Shown here: positions 31,483 to 42,327 of the stretch, piece by piece
Numbering within the stretch: the stretch's first letter is position 1
Layout of the letters: every line of letters begins with the position of its first letter
NCBI GenBank assembly: GCA_977020255.1
Contig: CDROCS010002432.1
Location: forward strand, 124,001 to 188,000
Reading direction: 5' to 3'
Length of the DNA: 64,000 bases
Origin: Obrimoposthia wandeli
Lineage: Eukaryota
Position numbers and translations under genes: made by a program
The notes under the pieces: model-generated
Seen by the model: the letters and a program-made list of their open reading frames with translations, nothing else
Databases searched by the model: none
Told to the model about the DNA's origin: nothing

Positions 31483-31773
31483 ATGTACTTTTCAGTAACT
31501 AACAGACGATATATCGCAGTATGGCTTAGTGCTATATTGCTATTTTTGTCTGTGGCTGCTTCTGCGCATAGTGTTGAACATATCGATGATGGTGCAAAAA
31601 CGCACTGTACTTTGTGCTTTCACCAGCATCAATTTGATCAAGTACTACCGCAGCAAGACGTCAAACTTGGGTTTATTTGCCAACAGTATGAGCCTCTCAT
31701 TACTGTTCAACCGACATTAGCACTTACTCACAGTGTTACTTACCTGAGCCGTGCCCCTCCCGTTTCTCTTTAA
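31483..31773 (+). CDS. DUF2946-like leader protein with CxxC/His site and C-terminal RAPP arrest-like motif
   Basis: TM helix, AHSVEHIDD, HCTLCFHQH, ending SRAPPVSL*; immediately upstream of a metal-uptake operon. Confidence 0.8.
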   Translation: MYFSVTNRRYIAVWLSAILLFLSVAASAHSVEHIDDGAKTHCTLCFHQHQFDQVLPQQDVKLGFICQQYEPLITVQPTLALTHSVTYLSRAPPVSL

Positions 31774-31870
31774 GATATTATTTTACAATTTTTAGCTTTA
31801 TTTAACCAATTTGCCAATAAGGCAATGGGTTTGTGTACACGTATTTAATTTATTTTAGAGATTTATAAAC

Positions 31871-33118
31871 ATGAAAAATTTTCAATTTTTTCCTGCAGTG
31901 TTGTCTGCACGGTTACCTATGAGAGTAAGTGCAGCATTAGTTATATCTGGTTTTTTCCCTTTGCTTACACATGCACAAACACCAACACTTTCTAATCCAA
32001 CGGTCAGTGCTGTTTTAGATGGTTATTATCAAAGTGATGATCGCTTGATGACCGAGCGAGGAAAAGGCTTTGGGCTTGGCGAAACCGAATTAGCCTTTAG
32101 TGCCAGTATTGATGATATGTTTTACGGAAAGTTAACCACGGTTTTTGAATCGCATGATGGAGAGAGTGAAGTTCATGTTGAAGAAGCGTTTATTCAAACA
32201 ATGGCGCTTCCTAATGGTTTTAGTGTCCGTGCAGGGCGTTTTTTGTCAGATATTGGCTACTTAAATAATCAGCATCTGCATACAGATTCTTTTACCAGTA
32301 GACCAAGTGCTTATCGAGCATTTTTAGGTGGTCATTATTTCGATGACGGTTTAAGAATTAGCTACATTGCGCCAACAGACTTGTATTGGACCATGGGGGC
32401 TGAAGCTTTTTCTGGAGACAGCCTTCGCGCCGCAGATGAACACGGTGAACGTGAGTTCGACAGTACCGGTGTTTACACCGCTTTTACTAAAATTGGTGGC
32501 GATATTGGTATTGAAAGTTCATGGCAATTAGGTGTGAGTTATTTGCGTAATGAGAATGGCCAATTAACACCAGAAGAGCATGATGAAGAAGAGCATGAGG
32601 ATGAGCATGCTGAAGACGAACATGGCCATGATCATGCTGCAAGTTATACGGGTAAAAATACCTTTGTCACCGACTTTGTTTTTAAATGGGCGCCCAATGG
32701 TAACTATAAATACCAACATTTAACGTTAAGTGCAGAGTATTTTCGCGTTAGTGATTTTATGACATCAGAAATACATGATGAACACGAAGAAGAAGAACAT
32801 CATGACGAAGCGAGTGAAAATAGTAAAGATTACCATCAAGCTTGGTATGTTAGTGGCGTTTATCAATTCTCACCGCATTGGTCTGCAGGTTTGCGCTATG
32901 GAAAACTTGATAGCCAACTACAACATGAAGAACATTTTGACCGACAAAAACTTAAAGAGACAGAGCTTAGCGTAGCTTGGCACAACAGCCATTTTTCTAC
33001 GGTTAGATTAGAGCTTAGTCATCAAAGTAACACGGGTTTTGAAAGTGCTCAAAATGACAATGTGCTAACTTTGCAATATGTTATGACTTTAGGAGCTCAC
33101 AGTGCGCATCAATTTTAA
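31871..33118 (+). CDS. His/acid-rich outer-membrane beta-barrel protein of the type annotated zinc-regulated OM receptor
   Basis: Signal peptide, GLGETELAFSASIDD, EEAFIQT, GRF.S.IGYLN..H.H, loops EEHDEEEHEDEHAEDEHGHDH and HDEHEEEEHHDE, C-terminal GAHSAHQF. Confidence 0.75.
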   Translation: MKNFQFFPAVLSARLPMRVSAALVISGFFPLLTHAQTPTLSNPTVSAVLDGYYQSDDRLMTERGKGFGLGETELAFSASIDDMFYGKLTTVFESHDGESEVHVEEAFIQTMALPNGFSVRAGRFLSDIGYLNNQHLHTDSFTSRPSAYRAFLGGHYFDDGLRISYIAPTDLYWTMGAEAFSGDSLRAADEHGEREFDSTGVYTAFTKIGGDIGIESSWQLGVSYLRNENGQLTPEEHDEEEHEDEHAEDEHGHDHAASYTGKNTFVTDFVFKWAPNGNYKYQHLTLSAEYFRVSDFMTSEIHDEHEEEEHHDEASENSKDYHQAWYVSGVYQFSPHWSAGLRYGKLDSQLQHEEHFDRQKLKETELSVAWHNSHFSTVRLELSHQSNTGFESAQNDNVLTLQYVMTLGAHSAHQF

Positions 33119-34028
33119 ACTTATCTTAACCAGTGCTTTATTAACGTTAAGTCACAGTGCTTTCGCGCAATTTAATATTTTTGCTTGTGAGCCTGAATAT
33201 GCAGCTTTAGCAAAAGAGCTTGCTCCTGATGCGCGCATATACTCGGCAACAACCGCAATGCAAGACCCGCATCAAGTACAAGCGCGCCCTAGCTTAATTG
33301 CAAAAATGCGCCAGGCGGATTTAGTGATCTGTGCAGGTGCAGAATTAGAAATTGGTTGGTTACCTATGCTGCAAATGAAAGCAGCTAATAGCCAAGTGCG
33401 TAGCACAGACAAAGGATTATTTTTTGCCGCTGATCATATAGATACTTTAGACAAAATGGCTAATGTTGATCGCAGTATGGGTGATGTACACAGTCAAGGT
33501 AATCCACATGTACACTTTTCGCCACAACGCATGCTAGTCATTGCTAATAGCCTAACTGAAAAACTTATACAACTTGATGCTGGTCAAGCAGAAAGCTATA
33601 GATCGCAGTTAAAGAGCTTTACGCATCGCTGGCAATTAGCGAGCGTAAAATGGCAGGAAATGGCTAATGAGCTTAAAGGCTTGAAAGTTATTGCTTACCA
33701 TTCAACTTTTCGCTATTTGTTTGACTTTTCGGGCATCGAGCAAGTTGCAGATTTAGAGCCTAAGCCCGGATTACCGCCAACAAGTGGCCATTTAGCCAAA
33801 CTGTTAAAGCGTGCAAGTCAGGGGGATATTAGTTCCATTGTGATTGCTTCTTATCAAGATCAGCGTGGCGCTAATTGGCTAGCAGAAAAAGCTAATTTAT
33901 CGGTTATTGTGTTACCACTTTCCGTGGGAGGCAACGAACAAAGTAATGACCTATTTAGCTTATATGACAGTGTGCTGGACTTGTTGGTACAAGAGCTTCG
34001 TGCACAAAAACTTCATAAGCTTGGGTAG
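33102..34028 (+). CDS. Metal ABC substrate-binding protein (cluster A-I, ZnuA/TroA-like)
   Basis: QDPH, GDVH.QGNPH, YH..F.YL, EPKPG.PP; GTG start overlapping the upstream gene. Confidence 0.88.
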   Translation: MRINFKLILTSALLTLSHSAFAQFNIFACEPEYAALAKELAPDARIYSATTAMQDPHQVQARPSLIAKMRQADLVICAGAELEIGWLPMLQMKAANSQVRSTDKGLFFAADHIDTLDKMANVDRSMGDVHSQGNPHVHFSPQRMLVIANSLTEKLIQLDAGQAESYRSQLKSFTHRWQLASVKWQEMANELKGLKVIAYHSTFRYLFDFSGIEQVADLEPKPGLPPTSGHLAKLLKRASQGDISSIVIASYQDQRGANWLAEKANLSVIVLPLSVGGNEQSNDLFSLYDSVLDLLVQELRAQKLHKLG

Positions 34029-34037
34029 GAATATTCG

Positions 34038-34817
34038 ATGGATTATGAGTTGTTCACAATTTTGTTACCGGCATTTGCTGCCGGTGTTTTAGTGCTTTCG
34101 ACACATGTTGTGTTGGGTAAACAAGTATTAAAGCGTGGCATTATTTTTATTGATTTAGCTATCGCACAAATTGCCGCTTTAGGCGCAATTGTTGTCGGTA
34201 TGAATCATGATATTGCTGAACTGGCCTATGCGAGCATTTGGATGCCAGCATTATTTGCTTTAGCTGGAGCAGGCATTATCGCTTGGTTGGCAAAGCATAT
34301 GGCAGAAGAGTTAGAAGCGATGATAGGTTGCTTCTATGTACTATCTGCCGTTGCTGCTATGTTGTTACTATCCAATGATCCGCATGGCGCTGAGTTACTT
34401 AAACAGTTAATGTCGGGACAAATTTTGTGGGTAAGTTGGCAACAGTTATTGTTACCAACTGTGGCTTATAGTGCTATTTTAGCGTTGATCTTTATTAGGC
34501 CTAAAGTGTTAGATGGAGCATTCTTCTATCTATTATTTGCCATTGTGATCACTTTATCGGTAGAGCTCGTTGGGGTGTATCTTGTTTTTAGTACGTTAAT
34601 CTTGCCTGCATTGGCAATTAACAAGTTAAAAGGAAGTAGGGCACTACTATGGGCCTATGGTGTTGGCTTAGTTGGCTATTTATTAGGTTTATATTTATCA
34701 GCAAGCTTCGACCTACCCAGTGGTGCAGCTATTGTCGCCACTTTAGCACTCAGTGCCATTGTGTTTAGGTTGTTAAACAGACTAGCGTTAAAAGATGGTC
34801 AGGTTAGCGAATTGTAA
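34038..34817 (+). CDS. Metal ABC-3 family permease
   Basis: Polytopic; H..LG..VL.RGIIFIDLA.AQ.AALG, ELVGVYLVF..LILPA. Confidence 0.82.
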   Translation: MDYELFTILLPAFAAGVLVLSTHVVLGKQVLKRGIIFIDLAIAQIAALGAIVVGMNHDIAELAYASIWMPALFALAGAGIIAWLAKHMAEELEAMIGCFYVLSAVAAMLLLSNDPHGAELLKQLMSGQILWVSWQQLLLPTVAYSAILALIFIRPKVLDGAFFYLLFAIVITLSVELVGVYLVFSTLILPALAINKLKGSRALLWAYGVGLVGYLLGLYLSASFDLPSGAAIVATLALSAIVFRLLNRLALKDGQVSEL

Positions 34818-34869
34818 TGTGATTTTAGATCACTATGTCATAAATATTATCAGTGCTTAGCGCTAAGAC

Positions 34870-34906
34870 AAAATCCTCTTGAAGTTATTCGAGAGGATTT
34901 TTTTTT
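34870..34906 (+). terminator. Intrinsic terminator closing the metal-uptake operon
   Basis: AAAATCCTCT...AGAGGATTTT followed by T-run. Confidence 0.85.
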
Positions 34907-35444
34907 GCCTTTTTATTACACACAGAAAACTTGGAAAATAAATAAGAGGAGTTTCATAGAGGGTAGCGCAGTAAGGGGGGAGAACATTCGCAACATATCA
35001 GTAATCGTTGTGCTTGAGGAGTAATTTAGAATTTTTACATACTCCTTCGATTAAAATGCTAATGGCTTTTACTAAAAGCCAGATAATCCAAAGCGTGGTA
35101 CGTAAATAACTTTATGCATTGCAGAATCAATATTTTATTGTTGTATATGCAATTAACACAAATAAAAACAATTTTAATTTCATTAAAAATTTCTTTTCAG
35201 GTTATCAAAGCCATATTCATGAGTAGCGTACTACTTATCTATGTTTTAAGGCTCAAAGTTGAATGGAAAGTAATCATAATTAAGTATTGGATAGCTTGAA
35301 GTTAAGGCAAATATAGTTGCTTAACATAGGCGACTGAATTAGATTGTGCATGCCGTTCTGCTTTTAAAAAAAGCAGTATTCGGATGATTTATATAAGAAT
35401 AACAGAGTAAAAATAATAGGAAAAACACATAAAAGGAAAGCATA

Positions 35445-38041
35445 ATGAAAATCACTTTGAATAATAAAAACACTCTCGCGTTAAGCATTACTGCTGCGTT
35501 ATTAGTTACACAAAGTCATCAAGTTTTTGCCGCAGAAGAAACAACTGCAAAAGGAGTAGAGCGGATACAAGTTACCGGCTCTCGTATCAAACGTACAGAT
35601 ATGGAAGGACCTTCGCCTGTACAATCAATCGATAAAGATCAAATCAAAAGTATGGGTTATGACAATTTACAGCAGCTTTTAGAGCGTATGCCTGTAGCCG
35701 GTAGTGGTACTTTTTCCACTCGAGGTAATAGTCAAGATTCAACCGCTAACGGTGCTGCCGCTGTAAGTTTGCGAGGTTTAGGTCCAGATGCAACACTAGT
35801 CTTGATTAATGGTCGCCGAGTTTCAACGAGCGCATTCGCTGAAAATATCACTAATTCATTTGTCGATATTAACAGTATTCCCGTTTCAGCAATCGAACGT
35901 ATTGATATCTTAAAAGATGGAGCTTCAGCAATTTATGGTTCAGACGCTGTTGCTGGTGTTGTTAACATCATCATGAAAAAAGATATTGAAGGCATCGAAA
36001 TTAACTTAGGTTATGGTGCAACTGACGGGCCTAATTATAATGAAAAAACCGCAAGTTTAGTTTGGGGAACATCGACAGAAAACAGTCACGCGTCTATTAT
36101 TCTTGATCATTTCAGTAACAGTGAGCTAGGTGCTGATGAACTAGGACGTTTTGGTACCGCTAACCAAAGTCCTTACGGCGGCGAAGATTTCCGTTCTTCC
36201 CGTGGTTATCCAGGGTATTTTTATGTAAATGGCGTTAAAACTATTGATCCTGATTGCCCTGCTGATCAAGCAACATCAACAGGTAGTTGCTTGTTCGATT
36301 ATGGCCCATACAACCTTGTTGTACCAAAAGCAGAGCGTGTTGGCGCACTGGCCCAATTCGATTACACCTTTAAAAATGACATAACAGCTTTCATGGAAGT
36401 GGCTATTCAGCATAACTCTTCAGAAGCTGGTGGTGCTGCGACACCTTTAGATGAATCTGCAGGACTAACTGTTCCTGGGAGTCATCCAAATAATCCGTTT
36501 GGTCAAGATGTTAATATCGGTCGCTATCGACCTGTTGATGCTGGTGCTAGACGCTGGGATATCGAATCAGACTCAATGCGCATGGTGGCAGGTTTACGTG
36601 GTCAATTTAAAGATTGGGATTGGGAAGTTGTTAACAAAAAGGCCGTAGTAAATCATTACAAACGGGTAAACGTGACCAAGGTTGGGTAAGAGTTGATTTT
36701 CTTCAAGAAGAAATTAACGCGGGTAACTACAATCCTTTTGGTGGTGTAACTAATCCTGATGATGTTATTGACAGAATCACGACTAGCTTGGTTCGACAAG
36801 GCGTATCACATATAACCTCTTATGATGCAAATATCACGGGTGAAGTTTTTGTATATGAAGGTAACCCTGTCATGATTGCCACTGGTATCGAATATCGTGA
36901 AGAAGATGTTGAAGATATTCCCGATGACCAATTTCAACGCGGATTAATTTTTGGTACTGAAGCTGTAGCAGCCCAGGCTAGTCGTGATCAATACGCAGCT
37001 TATGTTGAGCTTTCATTTCCTGTTACCGACGATTTAGAATTACAATTAGCAGGCCGGTATGATCACTATAGTGACTTTGGCAGCACAACAAATCCTAAAG
37101 TAGCCATACGTTGGGCTGCTGCAGAAGACGTCACAGTTCGAGGTTCTTGGGCGCAAGGTTTTAGAGCACCATCGTTAGCTCAAATTGGTTTAGGACCATC
37201 ACAAAATAGTACATTTTTCGTTGACACATATCGCTGTGAAGCAACAGGTTTAGATTGTGTCGCACTTGATTACAATACTGAGTTTTCAGGTAATGATCAG
37301 TTGGACGCTGAAGAGTCAGAATCTTGGAATGTGGGTGTTATTTGGGCACCAAGTGAAGGGTGGGGCTTAAGTGTTGATATCTGGAACATTACTCAAGATA
37401 ATAAAATAGATCAGCAAAACTTTGGTGATTTATATAATGCAACTTGTAATGACCAAAGCAGCACTGTTTGTGAACGCTTACCTGCGCAAAACGGTGAGGC
37501 TTTAGGTGTTCTCGATTTAATACACAGTAGTTTTGTTAACGTTTCTTCACAAAAAGCCGGCGGTATTGACACCTCAATTAACTACACAACTAGCTTTGAA
37601 GGTTACGGTGATTTCAAATTTAATTTGGAATGGGCTTACTTAGACACATTTGAAAAAGATGATCTGGAATACATTGGTGAATATGGCTACCCAGAGCATC
37701 GCTGGATTGCTAGTACCAACTGGTCGAACGATGACTTCTCTGCCAATTTAAATATTAGCTACACTGGTGAGTTCGAAGATACACCTGATATCGACTTTGA
37801 TGGCGCTTTGGATTTCGAAGACAATCAGTCGAGAATGGTTGATTCACAAATATTGGTTGATGTTCAAGGCAGTTATCATTTCTCAGATAATTTACGCGTT
37901 TCAATTGGTGTGAATAATTTGCTTGATGAAGAGCCACCATTTGCTATTGGTGATGGTAATTCAGATCTTTATGGTTATGCGCAAGGTACACATAACCCGA
38001 GAGGTCGTTATCTATATACTAAAGTAAGTGTAAGCTTCTAA
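35445..38041 (+). pseudogene. TonB-dependent receptor (~865 aa if repaired) split by a 1-nt frameshift near 36633
   Basis: TonB box ERIQVTGSRIKR, plug (TLVLINGRR, IERIDILKDGASAIYGSDAVAGVVNII), C-terminal RGRYLYTKVSVSF. Frame switches at GTT GTT AA/CAA AAA GGC; the downstream frame (QKGRSKSLQTG...) runs into ORF 36788..38041. May be a sequencing error. Confidence 0.85.
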
Positions 38042-38060
38042 ATTAAAGCACTTTTCTAAT

Positions 38061-38088
38061 AAAAGCCTAGCGACGTCTAGGCTTTTTT
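38061..38088 (+). terminator. Intrinsic terminator after the TBDR
   Basis: AAAAGCCTAG-CGACGT-CTAGGCTTTTTT. Confidence 0.88.
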
Positions 38089-38243
38089 ATGCCTAAATTT
38101 CGATAATAAGCTTAATCAGACAAACATTTGAGTAACGTTATGAGTGAACAAAATCAGTTGTAATTTTTACGCGTTAACTGAAGAACTTTTATCAGTCAAA
38201 GCACATAGGTGATAAGCTATAATAGTTATTTTCGTTTATATGA

Positions 38244-39341
38244 GTCATCAACATCAGCCATCAAGATAAAAACACAGCAGAGCAAAATCTTCCCACAATA
38301 GCGGTATCAAATTTAAAGCTCAAAATAGCGACTTTAAATTTATTTAATTATCTTGAACCGCCGAATGCTTATTATGATTTTGAACGCATTTATAGCGCCG
38401 AGCAGTGGAAAAAGAAACAACGGTGGATCAGCGACTATTTATCTGAATTTCAACCAGATATTATCGGATTTCAAGAGGTTTTCAGTACCGAATCATTAAA
38501 AAAACTCGTTGCCGAGCAAGGTTACGCTTATTTTGCTGTGGTTGATCAGCCACAAATTGTTGACGACTTCATTTATCGAGGACCCGTTGTCGCTATTGCC
38601 TCTCGTTATCCTATTGTTGAGATTAATGCCATAGCACCCAATGCTGAACTCGCGGTAGCGCTTGGTTTAAATAGTGGTTTTTCTTTTAGCAGGAAAATTT
38701 TAAGAGCAACAGTCGATGTACCGCATATGGGGAGCTGTGACTGCTATGTTGTACATTTTAAATCTAAGCGGTCAATGATAAGTCTAGATGAAACAGACAA
38801 AACTCGCACAGCAGAGAAAAGTATTATTGAGAGTTTAAAAGCTCAAGTGGCTGGCGGATGGGGCTCAACCATACAGCGTGGTAGTGAAGCCGCGTTACTC
38901 ATGATTGAAATGATCAACCGACGTGAAACAACAGGTAACCCCATGGTATTAATGGGAGACTTTAATAATACCTTAGCAGACGGAGTACTCAATCACTTAT
39001 TAACAAATAACTTACGCTTTGTTTCTGCAATTGACCGTGATGCCTACTTAGCAAAATACTGCTTACATGATGCCTGGGATTTATTCAATGCTATGGCTAC
39101 GAATGAAGCGAATCAAGAGCTTAACTTAAAGCGCACGCCAACTCACTACTTTGGAGCTGGTAGCTCTGTACTTGACTATATTCTATTGTCGTGTGAATTT
39201 GATGCTAGCTATCACGATAGTCTGTATCAGGTAAGTGGTTATGACACTTACGACCGACATTTAATTAATCCAATTTTCGATCGAGATGGAGAAAGTACAG
39301 ATCACGGTATAGTGCTCATAACACTATCATTAAGGTCATAG
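38244..39341 (+). CDS. Endonuclease/exonuclease/phosphatase (EEP) family protein; start codon missing or frameshifted
   Basis: Frame of ORF 38538 is open from 38244 and holds the N-terminal motifs IATLNLFNY and PDIIGFQEVF; downstream VHFKS, MGDFN, LDYI, TDHG. The nearest ATG (38240) is out of frame. Confidence 0.8.
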   Translation, partial: VINISHQDKNTAEQNLPTIAVSNLKLKIATLNLFNYLEPPNAYYDFERIYSAEQWKKKQRWISDYLSEFQPDIIGFQEVFSTESLKKLVAEQGYAYFAVVDQPQIVDDFIYRGPVVAIASRYPIVEINAIAPNAELAVALGLNSGFSFSRKILRATVDVPHMGSCDCYVVHFKSKRSMISLDETDKTRTAEKSIIESLKAQVAGGWGSTIQRGSEAALLMIEMINRRETTGNPMVLMGDFNNTLADGVLNHLLTNNLRFVSAIDRDAYLAKYCLHDAWDLFNAMATNEANQELNLKRTPTHYFGAGSSVLDYILLSCEFDASYHDSLYQVSGYDTYDRHLINPIFDRDGESTDHGIVLITLSLRS

Positions 39342-40023
39342 TAGTATTTACGGGCATATAGCAAGGTAGGGTAAAAGGGCATCATAACTTATCTATAAAT
39401 ATCCAATGCCACATACCGAGTTAAAACAATAGCAAAGTAAAATGTCATGAGACACATAGCGTCATTTACTCTTCAATACTCTAATGGTTGATACTTCAAT
39501 TACTGGCGCTTGAAAACTGACTAACTCAAGGGATGAGTTTATGCGCTCTTTTGGAGCCTAAATCAAACACTACTTATGACCTGTTTACTCATTATTAAAA
39601 GCAAGCGCTTGAGATCTAAAATTTAAAATATGTGCAGTACGGCCTGATTTTCCTAAAATCAACTATTAAGCAAGATAATTTACTCTATAATTCAACTTAC
39701 AGATAAACCATACAGACTGATACTTTACTATCATCTCATTCAGCCTCTCTATCCAGTAGAAATAAGGCAATACAGAAAAATAAAGCGGTGTTCACCTAAA
39801 AAATTAATTGAATGTAAGTTAAATTTACTTAATTTAAGTCATTTATATAAAATTAACCAAACATTGAATTACACAGTGGCACCTATAACCACGAAAGATA
39901 GTGTTTTGATTGAGTAGTTTTGACAGACTGGACGCTGCGCACTCGTCTTTAGCTCAATAAAAACACCGTTCGTACGAATAAGCAACAAACAAACATTAAT
40001 TGATAATTAAATGCAATTAAGTG

Positions 40024-40060
40024 TTGACGTGAGGCGAGAAATCTCTAAAATGCGCTCCAC
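40024..40060 (+). promoter_or_regulatory. rrn P1 promoter
   Basis: TTGACG-16 nt-TAAAAT-GCGCTCCAC (GC discriminator), AT-rich upstream element. Confidence 0.85.
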
Positions 40061-40196
40061 TTCTTCGGGACAAGTCGAAGAGGTTGTTTTAATGAGTTAT
40101 CTCTTTCAGTTTAGGCTGATTTGGTTAACTTAACGTTTTAAAGATTGGTTTTGAAAGTTTTGAAAAGAAAGTTTAAAATAAATTCGAAATAAAACG

Positions 40197-40232
40197 TTGA
40201 CATCGAAACAGAGACGCGTAGAATACGCATCT
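40197..40232 (+). promoter_or_regulatory. rrn P2 promoter
   Basis: TTGACA-16 nt-TAGAAT-ACGCATCT. Confidence 0.85.
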
Positions 40233-40329
40233 CGCTTCAAAAGGGGCCTGCAGCGCAAAGCGAAAATCTTTAAGTATAAGAGAATGAGATTCTGTATCGG
40301 TTAGTTCACCTCCTCCGAGGAAGCTAACT

Positions 40330-40340
40330 TTCTTTAACAA
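40330..40340 (+). promoter_or_regulatory. rrn leader boxA antiterminator (second copy at ~42630-42640 in the ITS)
   Basis: TTCTTTAACAA, matching the boxA core CTTTAACA. Confidence 0.75.
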
Positions 40341-40579
40341 TTAGTTATCATGCAATTTGTGTGGACACTCACATTAACGTTGATTTTACATAGTTATCCT
40401 CGGATAACAAAAAAACAGCTTAATATGATGTCACACAAAAAATAAGTATCATTTAAATCTTCGGATTTGAATCATACGTTTTATGTAGTTACTTTCTTCT
40501 TTAGTCGGATAGGAAGTAACACGACAGAATTCATTGAGCAGTAACACATCGCTTGCGATGAGGTTACACAAACGATTTT

Positions 40580-40865
40580 TAATTGAAGAGTTTGATCATG
40601 GCTCAGATTGAACGCTGGCGGCAGGCTTAACACATGCAAGTCGAGCGGTAACAGAGATAGCTTGCTATCTGCTGACGAGCGGCGGACGGGTGAGTAATGC
40701 TTGGGAATATGCCTTTGAGTGGGGGACAACAGTTGGAAACGACTGCTAATACCGCATAACGTCTACGGACCAAAGGGGGGGACGCTTCGGCACCTCTCGC
40801 TCATTGATTAGCCCAAGTGAGATTAGCTAGTTGGTAAGGTAATGGCTTACCAAGGCGATGATGCC

Positions 40866-40906
<41 letters not shown>

Positions 40907-40907
40907 T

Positions 40908-40938
<31 letters not shown>

Positions 40939-40939
40939 A

Positions 40940-40976
<37 letters not shown>

Positions 40977-41363
40977 TGCCGCGTGAGTGAAGACGGCCTT
41001 AGGGTTGTAAAAAAGCACTTTCAGCGAGGAGGAAAGGTTAGTAGTTAATAACTGCTAGCTGTGACGTTACTCGCAGAAGAAGCACTTTTCCGGCTAACTG
41101 TGCCAGCAGCCGCGGTAATACGAGGGGTGCAAGCGTTAATCGGAATACTGGGCGTAAGCGTGCGTAGGTGGTTTGTTAAGCAAGATGTAAAGCCCCTGGC
41201 TCAACCTGGGAACTGCATTTTGAACTGGCAAGCTAGAGTTTTGTAGAGGGTAAGTGGAATTCCTAGTGTAGAGGTGAAATTCGTAGATATTAGGAGGAAC
41301 ACCAGTGGCGAAGGCGACTTTCTGGACTGTAACTGACGCTGAGGCACGAAAGCGTGGGGAGCG

Positions 41364-41404
<41 letters not shown>

Positions 41405-41499
41405 TCAACTAGCCGTCTGTGGTCTTGAACCGTGGGTGGCGTAGCTAACGCGCTAAGTTGACCGCCTGGGGAGTACGGCCGCAAGGTTAAAACTCAAAT

Positions 41500-41549
<50 letters not shown>

Positions 41550-41626
41550 CAACGCGAAGAACCTTACCATCCCTTGACATCCAGAGAAGAGACTAGAGAT
41601 AGACTTGTGCCTTCGGGAACTCTGTG

Positions 41627-41658
<32 letters not shown>

Positions 41659-41664
41659 TGTGAA

Positions 41665-41699
<35 letters not shown>

Positions 41700-41740
41700 A
41701 TCCTTATTTGCCAGCGCGTAGTGGCGGGAACTCTAAGGAG

Positions 41741-41793
<53 letters not shown>

Positions 41794-41886
41794 CTTACGG
41801 GATGGGCTACACACGTGCTACAATGGCAAGTACAGAGGGCAGCAATACCGCGAGGTGGAGCGAATCCCACAAAGCTTGTCGTAGTC

Positions 41887-41937
<51 letters not shown>

Positions 41938-41948
41938 TAGATCAGAAT

Positions 41949-42005
<57 letters not shown>

Positions 42006-42064
42006 GGTTGCAAAAGAAGTGGCTAGTTTAACCCTTCGGGGAGGACGGTCACCACTTTGTGATT

Positions 42065-42095
<31 letters not shown>

Positions 42096-42128
42096 CCTAG
42101 GGGAACCTGGGGTTGGATCACCTCCTTA
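40580..42128 (+). rRNA. rrs: 16S rRNA (Colwellia-like variable regions; 5' half carries foreign-looking substitutions and indels)
   Basis: AGAGTTTGATCATGGCTCAG, GTGCCAGCAGCCGCGGTAA, GGATTAGATACCC, AAGTCGTAACAAGGT, GGATCACCTCCTTA. Confidence 0.98.
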
Positions 42129-42250
42129 TCTTGAAGTAAAACAGCTTAATGAGAACCTTGGTTCTACGAGTGTTCACACAAATTACATGATAACAAATTA
42201 GAAGAAGTCCAAACATGCTAGCTTCGGACGTAAATTCTTGAAAGAGAAAT

Positions 42251-42266
42251 AGGTCTGTAGCTCAGC

Positions 42267-42299
<33 letters not shown>

Positions 42300-42327
42300 G
42301 GCAGTTCAAGTCTGCCCAGACCTACCA
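42251..42327 (+). tRNA. tRNA-Ile (GAT)
   Basis: AGGTCTGTAGCTCAG...CT-GAT-AA...GTTCAAG...AGACCTACCA, 77 nt. Confidence 0.97.

Noticed and set aside
34910-35444. Riboswitch in the long TBDR leader (also examined 50810-51219 and 54500-55100)
   Set aside because: No cobalamin, TPP, c-di-GMP or other aptamer core recognisable by eye; an Rfam covariance search would be decisive.
36628-36640. Programmed ribosomal frameshift in the TBDR
   Set aside because: No canonical heptamer with a stimulatory structure is evident, and other indels nearby point to error or mutation.
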